Assembly: GCF_009914755.1 (NCBI RefSeq)
Contig: NC_060944.1
Source: the human T2T-CHM13v2.0 reference genome, Homo sapiens
Length of the DNA stretch: 64,000 nt
Direction: 5' to 3' (one strand)
Positions 14,786 to 28,829 of the stretch are shown here, one piece after another. Position numbers and translations under genes: made by a program. The notes beneath the pieces are model-generated. The model was not told the DNA's origin, did no database searches, and saw only the letters and a program-made list of their open reading frames with translations. Numbering within the stretch: the stretch's first letter is position 1; every line of letters begins with the position of its first letter.

Positions 14786-15319
14786 AGGTGTCCTTCGGTG
14801 GTGGGAAGGGATGGCCTTGCAGGTACCAGCGTGTGCTTTACAGCCGCAATCAGGTAAGAGCTGTGGGCCTTGGGGAGACGCACAGGCAGCTGCTGCTTGC
14901 GTCTGGTGGGCGCAGCCTGACTTTAACTCCTGGGCTTCCCCGAATGCTCTCCCCATCAGCCCTTCCCGTCTAGTCCCTCACCACATGGTCATGGTCCACA
15001 TCTCCTCCTCCAGGAACTCTTCACTGGCCTCTGTACCAACCTCCCCCCTCATTGGAGGAGGCGCCATCTGTGCATGGCGTCCACTCAGCCATGTCATTGC
15101 CGGTTTCTGTGTCATTGGTGTCTTAGCTGGACAGTAAGCAGCGTGAGGGCAGGATGCTGTCACATCACTGAACATTTGGCACTTGACAGATGCTTAATAA
15201 ACATTTAGAATCAATCAGTAAATAAGTGGGTGTGTTCATTTGTCCTCACCACAGAACTCTCATCTCTCGCTAACATAGCATTTTGTAGATGCCCCTCAAA
15301 AATCAAGCCCCCCTGAAGT

Positions 15320-15740
15320 GCACTGAATTGTTTCTCCCCAAAAGATAGGTCCACCTGGATTGTGACCTAATTTGGAATAAGGGTCGTTGCAGATGTCACT
15401 AAGGTAAGGATCTGGAGATGATATCATCCTACATTGGGGACGGCCCTAAATCCAATGGCAGGTGTCCTTTTGAGAAGCTAAAAAGGAGGAGACATGAGGA
15501 GAAGGCCGTGTGAAGACTGAGGCAGAGACTGGGGGTGATGTGTCTACGAGCCAAGGAATGCCAGGATCCCCGCAGCCAACAGACACTGGGAGAGAGCTGG
15601 GAGGGACAGGTCCTTCCACACCGCCTTCAGAGGGAGTACGGTCTGGACGGCATCTTCATTTTGGACTTCAGTAAATTTCTGTGGTTTGAAACTACGCAAT
15701 TTGTAGCAATTTGGTGTGGTAATCCCAGAAAATTAACACA
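15320..15740 (+). mobile_element. MaLR LTR (MLT1B/C/D-like)
   Basis: gtgacctaatttggaataagggtc…gccctaaatccaatg…gccaaggaatgcc MLT1 motifs. Confidence 0.8.
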
Positions 15741-16039
15741 CCCTCCTTATGGAGTCTAGTACCCCCACCCCAAGGAGCTCCATCCACCAACACAAACCTT
15801 AACGCTTCATACCCACATCTTGAAATCTGTCCAGATGAAATCTAGTCTCTAAATGGGGACGTAGCCTGTCCCCATCTCCCCATTGCTCTCCACTCACAAG
15901 TTCAGCCCATCTTCCCCCAGTCCACCAGTCACCATCTCTCTGTCTTTTAGAGAGCAGGCCTCCCAGGCCCTGCTACTAAAGAAGATGGACTCTGTTGTTC
16001 CAACAGCCCTGCATCCCCTTCTTCCGGTGGCAGTGCGCT

Positions 16040-16510
16040 GGTTTTTCTTTAGGGACCACCCTTCCCCAGCTTTCAACCCATGATGTCTGCGTGAAGCTCA
16101 TGACCCAGAGCTGATTAGAGCATTCTATCCTCTGGCCACTAGGGCTGACTTAGAGATGGGCACATGAGCCGGTGAGTTAAGAAGATGCGATCATGGCTTT
16201 GGGAAGGACTGTAGGGAAACAAGCTTTTTCTGTGGGAAGGCCGACTGGGGTGGCTGCAAGTCGGGACCCATCATGATCCCCCATACAGGGGGAGCCTGCC
16301 TAGGAATGAAGCCAATGTGGAGGAAACCAGAGCTCAGAGTAGAGAAAGACCTAGATTCCTGGTGGCAGCTCTGATGTTCCTGGGTCTCGCCATGCCTGAA
16401 ATCCACCCTATCACCACAGATATGCACTTTCATGAGCCAGTAAAGTCCCAGTTTTTCCTGGGGCCACACTGAAGTGGATTTCTGCTCTTGACAACCAAAA
16501 GAGCATTGTC
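16040..16510 (+). mobile_element. MaLR LTR (MLT1J/K-like)
   Basis: …gggcacatga…gaatgaagccaa…catgagccagtaaa…ttctgctcttgacaaccaaaagag. Confidence 0.65.
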
Positions 16511-17254
16511 AGTACAAGAAGACACCCTTCTCCTCCACCCGGAGGTTAACAAAAAACCTCTGAGTGGTTCTTCCTGCTCAGTGCTGGTCACCTCTGGCTG
16601 AAGGCCACTCCCCAGCTCTCAGATCCCTGCTGACCACCCTCCCTGAACTGTTGGCAGCAGTAACGAGAAAGCTGAACGGTTGTTTATCATTGTCAACCCT
16701 TCCTCCACATTACCCCTATGGTTTTCTTCCCCCAAACCCAAGCCTTCTGTGCCTCCCACGCCCACCCCACTTGGTGCCAGCTCGGTGGCTCACTTGTTGT
16801 CTGGAGTGTAACTCATCTGTGTACCTGTGGTCTCTACTCCCAGCCTCTGGGTCTACAAAGAGGAGGATTGTGCAGCTCAGACTGAGCAGCTCAGACTGTG
16901 CATCCAGCAGACGGTTGTCGGAAGCACAGCTCAGTGACTGATCCTGACCACAGGGGCCAGAGCCAACGCTGTGTGCTGTGGTGTGTCCAGCTGCGATCAG
17001 CACTTCACATGGAGGCTCATCCTAGGAAGGGGCATTCACAGTCTCCACGTCTCACAGATGAGGAGTCAAGGCAGACAGAGCTGCACAGCCGCACGTCCGT
17101 GGTCACATCGCTGGTTGGCAGGGCTGGGGTAGGATGACCTTGGTCCCAAAACCCATGTGCTTAACCAGGAAGGAAAGGAGGAAGGCATGGGGAGAGGGAG
17201 AGAAGAAAAGAAGGAAGGAAGGAATGATGATGGAAGGAAGGAAAGAGGGAGGGG

Positions 17255-17945
17255 GCTGTGTAGGCATATGAGAATGTGTGTATAGTAAGTGTGGATGTAG
17301 ATGTGGGTGTGTATGCACATGTGTGTGAATGTGGATGTGAACATGAGTGTGTATGAGGGTGCATGGAGGTGGGTGTGAACCCTGTGCATATGAGTGTGTG
17401 CATTCAAGGGTGTGTTTGTGAATGTGGATGTGAATGTGTGTATGAGTGTGTGTGATGTGTGTATATGGGTGGGTGTAAGTGTGTGTGAACTGTGTGTAAT
17501 GCGTGTGCATTGGAGGGGGTGTGTGCACATGTGTATGAGTGTGTGAGATAGTGTGTGATGTGTGTATACTGTGTGCACGTGTGTGTGTATTGGAGGGTGT
17601 GTGTGCATGTGTGTATGTACCAGTGCGTGGGATAGTGTGTGAAGTGTGTGTGAACTGTGTGCATGAGTGTGTGCATTGGAGGGTGTGTGTGTGCACCTGT
17701 GTACAAGTGAGTGTGATAGTGTGTGTGAAGTGTGTGTGAACCATGCGCATGAGTATGTACATTGGAGGGTGTGTGTGCACATGTGTGTACGAGTGTGTGT
17801 GATAGCGTGTGATGTGTGTGTATACTGTGTGCACATGCATGTGTGCACTGGAAAGTGTGTGTGTGCACCTGTGTACGAGTGTGTGTGATAGCGTGTGATT
17901 GTGTGAACTGTGTGCACACACGTGTGTGCATTTGGGGGGTGTGTG
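17255..17945. repeat. TG-rich low-complexity tract with ~80-86 bp higher-order periodicity
   Basis: Recurring CATTGGAGGG-like anchors at ~17508, 17588, 17674, 17760, 17846 and 17929. Confidence 0.9.
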
Positions 17946-18050
17946 CCCTCCCGTGCCCTCTGCCTGAGCGCCCCATCCTCCATGTACTCTGTCCTGCTGG
18001 GGTCTCATTAGTGTGCGGAGGGCGTCAGAGCTGGCCAGAGCCGCAGAGCC

Positions 18051-18162
18051 GCTGACTCACGCAGTGTCTGGAGTGAGTCACTGGCTGAGCCGGAGGCTGC
18101 GGGGGCCGCACTCAGCCGGAATCCCTGCTGGCCTCCTGTTCTCATCCGCCCGCTCTGAGTCA
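18051..18162. promoter_or_regulatory. AP-1 site cluster (candidate enhancer)
   Basis: TGACTCA at 18053-18059, TGAGTCA at 18074-18080 and TGAGTCA at 18156-18162. Confidence 0.55.
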
Positions 18163-21100
18163 CCCACACCTATGCTTCGGGCCGTTGTGGAATTAAACTC
18201 TCCTCTCCTTGAGGACGATGGGAAAGGGATTGAAGAGCCAGTGGACGCTGTGCCCAGCTGGAACCCGGGGGTCCGAGGGCAGACAGATGTGCTCCCAGCA
18301 CTGCTCTTCTCAGAAGCTCCGTGGGCTGTGGGCCAGGCTCGAACCATTTCCAGTCCATGTCTCTGGGGTGTCCCCCAGATGCGGGCAGTGGGGCCTCTCT
18401 GGCCTTGCTTGAGGCCTGAGACTCTGGGAGGCTCTTCATGGGAAAAGTTGCCCCCATCCCCACCAGGGGCAGCCACCCTCCACAATGGGTTGCTCTTCTG
18501 GGCATGGTCCAGAAGCTTCTAGAGAGAAAATGGCAGCACCAACCCCCGACCTCATGAAGCTGACGGTCCAGGGGGAGGGCAGACAGCAAACAGAAACAGA
18601 CAAATAAGAAGAAGCAGAGCCGACATCAAGGGGCCGTGCTTCATGTGTTTTCAGAGCTACTAGGACTGCCTGGAATGACCATCCACGCTTATTTGTGTAC
18701 TGAATCAAACCCCATATGGTCAGAGCCATGCTGATCTTGCTGCGTCTCTGTGTTGAGTACAGGGCTTGCATACAGTAAGCACTCAGCAGATGCATGCTGA
18801 GTGAAGGCTCGTGTGAACAGCAAGGCAGAAAAGTAGGTGCAATGGTGCAAGAAAGAGCAACTGGGAGAGCTGCTGAAAGAGGGCATCTGAGCAGAGGGAG
18901 CAGCCCGAGCCGAGGCCCTGGGGCAGGAACGTGCTTCCATATTCTAGGGAGGTCGGCAGGGCTGGAGAGCAGGGGGAGGCGGTGAGAGGTGCGCTTGCAG
19001 AGATGAACCTGTAGGCTGTGATCGGGAGGGTGGATCTTGATTCTCTCCTCCTGATGGGTTGTTCTTCTAGATGCGGCCCAGAAGCTTCTAGAGGAAGATG
19101 TCATGGAGCACCAGCCCCAGACTCTTGTCCATCCTCAGAAAGCAGGAAGGTGTGATTCCACGTGCATGCCTGTTATCTGTCAGCTGGTGTTAACGTGCCC
19201 ACCAGCAGGATGGAGGCCGGCTCGGAAAAGAAGAGCAAGTTTGGAAACATCCTTGAGGGCCAGGGAGCTGGGAAGAGCATGGTAAACGTGAGTCCTCTGC
19301 TCTTGGCTGAGCCCAGACCAGACTTACATCTCCATCATTAGGGGCCTCCTTTGGAGACGAGAGAGCAGGCAGAAAGCCTGCCCTGTTGAAAATGGACCTA
19401 TGTTTTCTAGAAGAAATAGTAGCAGCATAATGACTCTTTAGTGTAGGTAAAAATGTGTTGCCAACACTTAGCAAGAGACTAGGCACCCAGTGACACGGGA
19501 GAGGTAGGTTTGGATGAGACACAGCTCAGAATTGTCCAGATCACAGATTGTTTGGGAAGTGGCCTAGTGGCTGTGAGCCTTAAGGGTGACAGCGGAGAGG
19601 GCCCCTAAGTTGCACGTCTCAGTGTGACCCAAGGCAGGCCCACCTTCCTGGGTGGCGTGACCTGCCCTGCCCTCCCCCTCTGCAGCCCGGCCTCACTGGC
19701 TTCCCCTCAGCCGGTGTCCCTGCATTTTTCTATCACTGCTGGGACACGGTTTCCCCACCCTTCCCACATGCTTTACAGATGTTGGCACCAGCCTGTATCC
19801 CTGGCCACCTGGCAGTCATTGGACCTATTAAACTGGAGTTCACATGCAACACAGTGGTGCTTGGCTGGGGTCCCTCCCTCCCTCTGCCTGCTCCACCGGA
19901 CTGTGAGCTCTGAGTGCAGATGTACTTCCTGTCTCTGGAAACCCAGCACCTGGAACAGTATCTGGTGCAATGTACGAGGTCAATAAATAGCTGCCAAGAT
20001 GGGGATAGGTGATCCCATTTTATGGATGAGGAAAGTGAGGCCATGTGGGCAGAGCCCTGTGTTCCTTCTCTCCCACTCAAGTGAGATGCCCAGGGTACTA
20101 ATTTAAGGGGGCGCTCACCTTCAGAGTCCAACCCTGTGCCAGCACCCCTTGTGAGTGAGTGCCACCTTAAATATGATACCTTGCTTGCCTCGCCCTTGTC
20201 CCACCCCAGAGAGGAAGGAAGTGAAGGGCAGAGGGACAGTGGCCAGGCAGCCGCTAGCCCAGGGGGCTCTCCACCCAACTCCGGAAGTACCCAGGCTGCC
20301 CTAAAAGTCCTGAGATGAGCTCACTCTGTTCATCACATCCAGATGCCACTGTGCAGGGAGCAATCAAGTCAGCCATTTCCCCCAATAAGCTTGACTTCAG
20401 GGGACTGGAGGAGCTATTTGTAGCACTTTTAAAACCTTTTATAGATCAGTGTGTTACCACTGATGACAGTGGAAGAAATGCTGCTATTAGAGGCAGGAGC
20501 TTTAAGAGGTTTGGGTATTGGCTATTTCTGATTGGGAATGCCATGCTGGGAATCAATGCTCCATGCGTCCTTGCAGTGCTGCGTGAGGAGGCCACACGTT
20601 GGCTTGAGCCTCCCTGCCATGCACGCTCCCCTTGGCTTGGTACCCCCCTTGACTGAGAACTTGGGGTGATTTTCTCCTCTGTAGCCAAGCCAGAGCCCCC
20701 CAGGCTCCCAGCTCAAGGCTGACCGAAGCTTGGTGTTAGGTCCGGGTTTCTTGGGGGTGCATGAGCTGCTGGCGCGTCCGCAGTCGGAGGCTGCTTTGTC
20801 TCTCTCGCTGTGTCTTTTCCTCTTGACTCTCTTGTTCTCACTCCCTCCTGCTGTGTCTTTGCCCTTGTGTCTGCTCTCCCTCATCTTCTTTCTCTTTCTT
20901 TTGTTCTTTCTTCTCCTCCTTGCCTCTCTTTTTCTTCCTTTCCTTCCTCTTCACAGAGTCCAAGAAATTCTAAGGAAATGAGAAGTGTGGGCTCATAGGT
21001 TTCTCACCTTGACCATCCTGGCTCATGCTGAGAACTGGGCTCCTTCAAAAGGCCTGTTGCATCTGTGGAAGTGGCTCTTCTGGAAGAGTCTGTGGCACCC

Positions 21101-24100
21101 ATGGACAACAGCAGAGTGCGGCCCTCTGAGACCATGAGACTCATGTGATTCCTAATTCCACTAAACACTATGGGTTGGGTGCCAGCTACCTGCCAGGGGG
21201 TCCTTTTCTTGGAAGGAAGCCAGACACAGCTCCAGGAGACTGTAGTGCAAGATGGAGGAGGGCAAAGCCAGTGGAGGAGCTGAAGAATGACACCCAGTTC
21301 CAGTTGAGTGAACCAAGATGGCTCCAGGTGGGGTTGGCCTTGGAGTGGGCCAGGACAATTGAGTGGGGGAGGTGCTCATGGGTATGGCAGTGGTGACGGG
21401 GCAGAGAAAGTCATTTGAGGAGGAGGTGAAAAAGGGAAGTGGATAAGAAGATTTAGTCTTGGGTTCAGATCTTGGTTTCACAGCTTTCTGGCCATGTGGC
21501 CTTGCTCAAGCCGCTTCCACTTCTGGACCCTGTTTTCTGGCAAGTGAAAGGGGACCTACCTTGCAAAGGAATGGCATAAGATGACGTTTGTTGTGTGTTT
21601 GTCCCCTGCCTGGCGTATCCTCAGAATGTGGTTTGTGATATCTTTATGAACTTGCCAACAGAGGCAACCTGTGCATGCGACATCGCTGGGCGTGCAGAAA
21701 AGCCTAGAAAGCTAATCCTAGAAGCTTTTGCTAATGAGCACTTACTGTGTGCTAATGAGCACTTATATGACTTATATGTGCCAGGCAGCATTCTACAAGC
21801 CGTGGGTGTCCTGCCACTCAGTGCTCATGACAAGGACTCAATGGGAAGGATTCACCACCATGATGCCCACATGGCTGAAGAAGTGGATCCCCTGAAGGGA
21901 AAGCGGCCACCCAGCAGCCCCTGGAGCCGGCGTCCTACTGGGCATGTCAGCTCTGGAACCATGCTCCTCTCACTGTGGTTTTTGCTTCCCTATTGAAGGG
22001 CTTTGGGGGCCAGATGAGGGGTTTGGGCTCTATCCTGGCAGGAGGGGAGAAGGGGTGGGCAGCCTCTGAAAGTGTCTGTGGAGACCAGGTCCAGTCTCAT
22101 TACTGGTGGCCAGTGGGGCAAAGGGCCTTGGGGGCTGTGGAGCAGCCACTATTGCTCCTGTTTCTAGGAACTTCTCTCTCTCTCCCCAACCTCATCACTG
22201 AGGAGCATCCTGTCTAGGGTTTCTGGAAGGCTCTCTTCTTACTTCCTTCCAGCCTCATGTCCTGATGGCGTTGTGTGCCAGGGGACTCACGGAATATTGT
22301 TTTCCTCTAACGACTCAGACAACTGATGAAATACTTGGTGCCTTGTTCTCCCTAAGACCTGTCCTCCCAAGGGCCTGCTTTCACATGGCTGCCAGGGCCT
22401 TCAATGCCGAGTCCGTGTTCCTCGGGGACCATCAACATGTGGAACTTATTTTTAATTTAAAAGAACAACAGACTCCCCAACCCCATTCCCCTCCCCCGCT
22501 TGCCTCCCACTGCTGCTCCTGGCTATGCGGTAAACACCAGGCTCTTGCTACCTCTCAGCTTTGCCATCGTGTCCAGCCTGGAAATTCTTGCTGGGCCATT
22601 TTCAGGGGCCAAGCCAAGGTCCTGGCCAGACCAAGGAAGCCCATAGGCACTTCAGCCTTCCCCATCTCTGCCCCCTGCATCCCTCTGACTTCTAGGCAAG
22701 CTGACCCATGCCACTCCCTTCTCTAGCAGCTGTCCTCTGCCTGTCCTTGGGAGGGCTGTGGGAAAGAACACCATGGCCCAAATCTTTAGATGGTTTGGAC
22801 AAAAATTAGAGGGGATTCAGTCGAAGAGTACCTGCTGTCCCAGCAAGGCTGAAGCCTCCCAGAGTGTGAGGGTCTCATCCTGCAGACACCACCCCACTCA
22901 TGGCTGCTCCTGTCCAGACCCTGGGATGCACTGTTTGACTTTGTCCTCATCTCAAGCCCACTTTACTTGTGGAGAAACTGAGACAAAGAGGCTGAGTAAC
23001 TCGTCCGAAGTCCAGTGGTATAGGCCGGACTTGACCCGAATTCTGACCCCAAAGCCTGGCCCTTGACTGCCCCCTAGCACTGCACTGGCCAGGATTCCAT
23101 GGTGGCCACTTTCTAATACTGCATCACAGCGCGGGGAGGGGCTCCAGGATCACTTACTTGCTCTTAACCCTGGCGACAAGGATGTGCTTTTGCAGATGTT
23201 GGTTTGTTCATGAGAAATTCGAGTCAGATTTGAGGGGGAAAGAGGAAAAGAGAGACACAGTGTGTGTAGAGCCATTATGTCTAATTCAGCCACCAACACA
23301 CTTCTCTGTGGGCCTCTTCTGGCTCCAGAAGCCCCCTTCCCAGCTGTGATGTCACCAGCCAGCCTCTGCAGATGACAGCCCTGTGATTTATCATCAGCCA
23401 CCTGCTTTCTCACTGCTGGGGACAGCCAGAGCCCAGAGCAGCCCCCACTGGGCTGGGCAGCAGCTGCCCCCTGCCCCATTGCCGCACTTCCAGGCCTATG
23501 AGCTTTTTGAGATTGTTTGCATTTTGGGAAATGCCAGTCATCTCTCCCAAATCTGCAGATAGCAGCATCTCACCATCCAGGGTTGGAGTTTCTAAACAGT
23601 CAGATAACCTTGCTCACAGAGAAACAGCCTGAACACCATTTACAGATAGCGACAGGATTTAATGAGATAAAGCCTTGGGCATCCATGAACCAATTTTTAC
23701 GAGCCGTGATGAAATGGCTGTTTTCTTAATAGATACCCAAACAGAACACAATTCAGGGCTCTGAGAGCTTCAAAGGAACTTCTCAGCTCTAGCCTCTTGA
23801 AATTTCGGGCAAAATCCAAACACGTATCAGTCTTACCACCACCATGAAAATGATATGTTTTTGTAAAATTATGTGGGACCTATCTATCTGCCAAGGGAGA
23901 GATGGCCCAGATGCTTTTGGGACTCCAAGCCAGTGTCTTCAGCCTTTTCTCACATGATGTGAACACCAAATTCCAGTGCCACTTTCTAGAGGGGAGATTG
24001 CAGATGGAAGGCTTGTCCTGGAGAGGTTGAAACAGTGGGAAAGGAAATAAAGAGCATGCTCTCGCTCTTCCTCCAATTCCCTGAACTAGCTGGTTTCCTG

Positions 24101-26384
24101 AAGACTCCAGTGTGGGTAGACTGTGGCAAGTGGGTGACTGAATACTGACCTAGTCCTTAAAAAGAAAAAACGGTCAAAGGGCACCCTTCCAACCCCCACT
24201 GTGTGACAATGACCTCCTCAGAGAGCAGCCTTATGGGCCCCCTTTGAAAGGGCACAGTGACCCCCCTGGTGTCTGTCTGTTCTGCCCTGCTTGGAGAAAC
24301 GGCTTCCTCCTCTGAGTTCCTAAAACATTTATCATCCCTATGATTTGCCAGGCAATTAGTCATGCCCTGCCTTGAGTATCTCTTCTATTGTTGTATCAAA
24401 CGGCTGTTTAACCCTTATCAGCAGTGCAGTTTTCAATATCTTGTCTTTCTAACTCGATGTGAGCTTCCAGAGGGCTGTGCAAATGTCCACCCATGTCCGT
24501 CTCCTGTGCCCATGGTCCGTACACGTCTGGTCATCACCGTCAGAGGGTAGGACTGTGTCCTGCCTTTACAGGTAAAGTGTTTAGCATGCAAAATGCTTAG
24601 CACAGACACTGGCACCTCACAAGGGCCCAAGAAAGAGCCACTAGTGTTTACCTTGTTATTCATATTATTATCTGGTATACAAGAATAGCTAGTGAGCACC
24701 CTCCATGTGTGGGACACTGTGCCTGGTGCTGCTGAAGCCACTTGAAAATGGTACCTGTGAATTTCCCCAAAGCCATCTGGAATCAAGCTGGAAACTCTAG
24801 CTCTGTTTCCTACTGAAGGGAGACACGTATCCCCTCAGTGAGAAGTCTTTTCTTCAAAGGCCCTTGGTCGGTGTCAAGGATCCTTCGAGTCTAGGTGAAG
24901 TTGGTTGGTTTGGTCTCCAGAGCGGTGTGTGAATACAAATACAAATACCGTATTCACAGAATAGAGGATTTGTAGGTGGAGATCCTTGTCAACCTCTCCC
25001 CCAAAGTAGTCAGAGAAATGCCAGAAGAGAAGGAGCTCTCCAAAGGGGAGTGGGCTGGGCTGGGGGAGCTCAGAGCAAACCGTACCCATCATGGCTGGAA
25101 CTCACTCGTGTCCCAGCTACTCCTCTCACTGGCTAAGGAATAAGGTGAGACAGTACAGAAGGTTGAGGTCGGAGAGCTGGGTGGATTTAGGGAGATACAG
25201 AGATGGAAACTTTGCTGTGGTCACGTCAAGTCAGACGATCTGATATAACTTCATCCACATCAGCCTCCACCTTCTTTATAAAAGCTCCCTCTGGTTCCTG
25301 TGTGGAGAATGTTTAGGGGTACAGGAGGGAACCCAGAAGTCCAGTGGGGGGCCTTCACAGTGGCCCAGATGACCTGGATTGGACCAGGGAGGTGGGGGTG
25401 GGCAGGGCAAAGGAGAGCAAGAAAAGCCAGGACCTTCTGAAGCCTTCCTCCTGGCCCCCTGGACCCCAGCTCAGGGTCTCTCCACTCCCTCCACTCCCCT
25501 TGTCCCCAGTCCTCCTCACCCTGTATCAGGGCTTCCTGTTAGCATGTTTTTGGCCTCATGGATGGGGGGCTCCATGAGGGCAGAGCCTTGGTTTACTTGT
25601 CCCTGCTCACTGACCCTAACAGGAAGAAAAGGAGGCCTGGTCTTGCGTACCCTCCAGGCTGAGCTCCTCACAGTCCCTGCATCTGAGGCCTGTGACAGTC
25701 AGGCCTGGAATGAGAGGAGAAGGCTGATCTCCCAGGCTGTCAATTGTTCCATTCTAACCCAAGCATTCTGACCCATGCTGCATTCCCGCCTGGGGTTTAT
25801 GACTCTCTTTGAGTCCACTCTGCAGCCCACTTCCCAGCAAAGCCTGGTTTGAGGGCAGCTGAGACCAGCCCCAGGCCCCAGGAGAAAGGAGACCTACATC
25901 TCCCCAGAAGACCCCAGCCCCGTGGACAATGGATCCTCTGTCAGCCTGCAGCAAATGTTACAAGGCCCTAAAGACACTCTCTGGCCCTAGTGAGACTTTA
26001 AGAAACAAAACAAATTTTTAAAACACACATACACAGCAAAATACAAAGCGAAAATTGATGATGGTGATGGAGACGATAGAATCCAAGGTGACCTTATCTT
26101 CACCGGGCCCCAAAAGAAAAGAAATGCAATGTGTGGCCTCTCTAAAGCTATTCCGGAAAGTGAGGGGGCGCAAGTAGACCCCACTGAGAAGGAGCTCCAT
26201 GCCAAGGAGGAGCAGGGCTGGAGGCGTGAGGACCACCAGGAGGACTTGAACAGCAGCAGTCTGGCTGCCCATGCTGGCCTCTCTTCTGGGGTCCTCTGGG
26301 CCTGCGGGAAGTCCTGGGTACCCAGGGACATCTGCCCATAGCCAGCCAACGCCCTGATGACCCTGGGAGTCCCTCCAAATTCCA

Positions 26385-26790
26385 TGTCCACTGGAACCTC
26401 AGAGTGAGCTTATTTGGAAATAAGTTCTTTGCCGATGTCATTAGTAAAGGATCTTGAGGCGCAATCATCCTGGTTTTAGGGTAGGCCCTAAATGCAATGA
26501 TGGTGTCCTTCTGAGAACAGAGGAGGACAGAAGACACATAGGGAAGAGGGCCATGTGAGGACAAAGCAGCGATGGGAGTGATGCGGCCAGAAGCCAGGGA
26601 ATACCAGGAACCAGCACCATCCAGAAAAGGCCAGAAGGATCCTCACCTAGAGCTTTTGGAGGGAACGTGGTCACACCTTGATTTCAGACTTCTGGTTTCT
26701 AGAACTGGGCCTGGGCCAAGTGAATACATTGATGTGTATGTTTTTCCATGTCAAGGATACATGATTTGTGGATGATTTTCTAGCCACCAG
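26385..26790 (+). mobile_element. MaLR LTR (MLT1B/C-like)
   Basis: cttatttggaaataag…ggccctaaatgcaatga…gccagggaataccagg…cagacttctggtttctagaactg. Confidence 0.78.
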
Positions 26791-27079
26791 CCAGTGGGTT
26801 GGCCACACCAGTCCTTGCCTCCCGTGCTTACCTAGGGAAAGCGGAGCCCCCACTGATTGGGGTCGGGGGAGATGCAGAAGTAACTTCGCAGAGGACCGAT
26901 GAGCTCATGCCGGGGACACAAGTTGCTGTGCGGCTTTCCACAGGGGAAGAGTTATGGGCAACTTCAGAGCAGCAACCAGGATTCGGTAAAATACTTTTAA
27001 CGCAAAGTACTGCTCTATAGTGACCTGAGAGCCCTGGCCTTGTGGCCGGTACTTCCCGTGGAGACCACTGCAGGTGCAC

Positions 27080-27460
27080 TCATTCTTCATTCTTTGGACA
27101 AATATTTGTGGAGGACCTAAATACGCCTAACACTAGATATTAGGCCCACCATGGTGAGCAGGCCAGGCTGGCTCACATCCTAGTAGAAGAGACACATATG
27201 AAGGAAATGAACAAGGTACCAGGACAGAGACTTACAGGAGAGAGTGTGGCTGGAAGGCTTCTCTGAGGAAGGGACTTGGGGACTTGAAGGACAGGAAGGA
27301 GCCAGCCATCAAATGAGCTACGGTAAGACCATTCCTGGCCGAGGCAGCCAGAGAACAGAGTCCTTGAGGTGGGGAAGGGCTTGGCCAGTTCTAGGCATGC
27401 GCCCAAGGCCACTTTGGCTGGAAAACGGTAAGGTCTGGAAGGCTCCGGTAAGGAGTAGGA
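27080..27460 (-). mobile_element. L2 LINE 3' fragment
   Basis: cattc…acaaatattt…gaaggcttctctgaggaag…cattcctggccgagg typical of L2 ends. Confidence 0.65.
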
Positions 27461-28829
27461 ATTTGGCACTGTCTCACCTAGGAGAGGGGAAACTGCTAAC
27501 GCAATGGCACATCACCACCTCCAGGAAGTCTTTCAGGGTTGCCTTTGTGGAGGTGAGCCGCCATACCACAGAAAGCCTGGGCCTACTGTCATGGTCTCAA
27601 CTGGCCGTCATCATCTGTGACTTTGCCTCTTAAGATTCTTTGTATTATGAGGGGTGGGTGTCTTCCCAAAGGCCTCTAATTCTCTCACCGCCACTGCTGT
27701 AATGACCTCCTAAAGGTCTCTAATACTCAGAATAGCAGAATAGGGTGACATGTGGGTGATTGCTCTGTGATGTCTTTTACACCATTGATCACCAGGATCC
27801 CTGTGGCACATCTGGCTAGTCAAGTGGGTGGCCCCTTACCTCCCAGAGCCATATCACAGAAAGCCCTTCCCAAGGAGGAGCAGCCCAGAGCTCTCTGTCA
27901 ACCAGCATTCTGAAGCGCCACATGTGGTGATGGTTTAGCAGTGTCTGCTAGGAGCATGGGAGGGGAGGGTGGGGTTAGGCGTGCCATGCATTTGCCCTCC
28001 TTCCTAAAAGAACCTCCTTCCCCTCCCCAAAGCCCCATATACTTTCTAGGTCTTAACCCAGTGGCATATACATGATAGATGTTCAAAACATGTGCTGTTT
28101 GATCGATAGTGTATTCAGCAGTCATTTCGCAGCCTAGTGACTGCGAGCTCGACTCAGAGAGGGAGTGACAGTGACGGGGCAGAAGCACGTGGCTGCCAGA
28201 TGGGCGATGGGAAATGTTCCGCACACAGAAGTCAACCATCCTGCCAATTTGGGAACACGAAGTCACTCGTTCGATGCCTGTCAAGTCCCTATGCTGTGCC
28301 TGCCACGGCCCTTGCTGCTACGGTACCACGAGCGTCCCCAGGAAGACACCTTGCTTGTCTCTAATTCCATGAACTTTTTGCAAGAAAATCTTGCTTGCCT
28401 TCCCCAGGGGTCAGGTCTTCAGAGGGGAGACTCCTGCCCTGGTGTGCCCGGCTCCTGCCCATCCAGCAGAGCAGGAAAAGGTGACTCGGGTTCCATTTGA
28501 CAAACGTCTCTTCTGAAAGCTGCCCTTAGCAGGCAGGAGAAAAGCCCCCATTTACTGGGGCCTTGTCAGAGTTTCTAGAGCTTAAATTCTCTTCTTCAGA
28601 AAGGAAAAATATCTGCGGCCCCACATCCGCAGATGCATAAACGTGGGCGTGATTTATGAGTGCACGTGGTATCCAGCGCTTTCCCCCAGCTACTGTGAAA
28701 TCGTTCCTCTTCTCTGACTGAGACGTCAACAGTATGGTCACTGTATATGTTTTCCCACTTTTTCCAGAGCCAAGAACCAGGAAAAAAAAATGAAAAATGA
28801 AAGTGTACAGGAAGTCAAGGTCAGGCCAT

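Noticed and set aside
17066-18008. 300-aa His/Thr-rich ORFs
   Set aside because: These are translations of the (CA)n/(TG)n tract.
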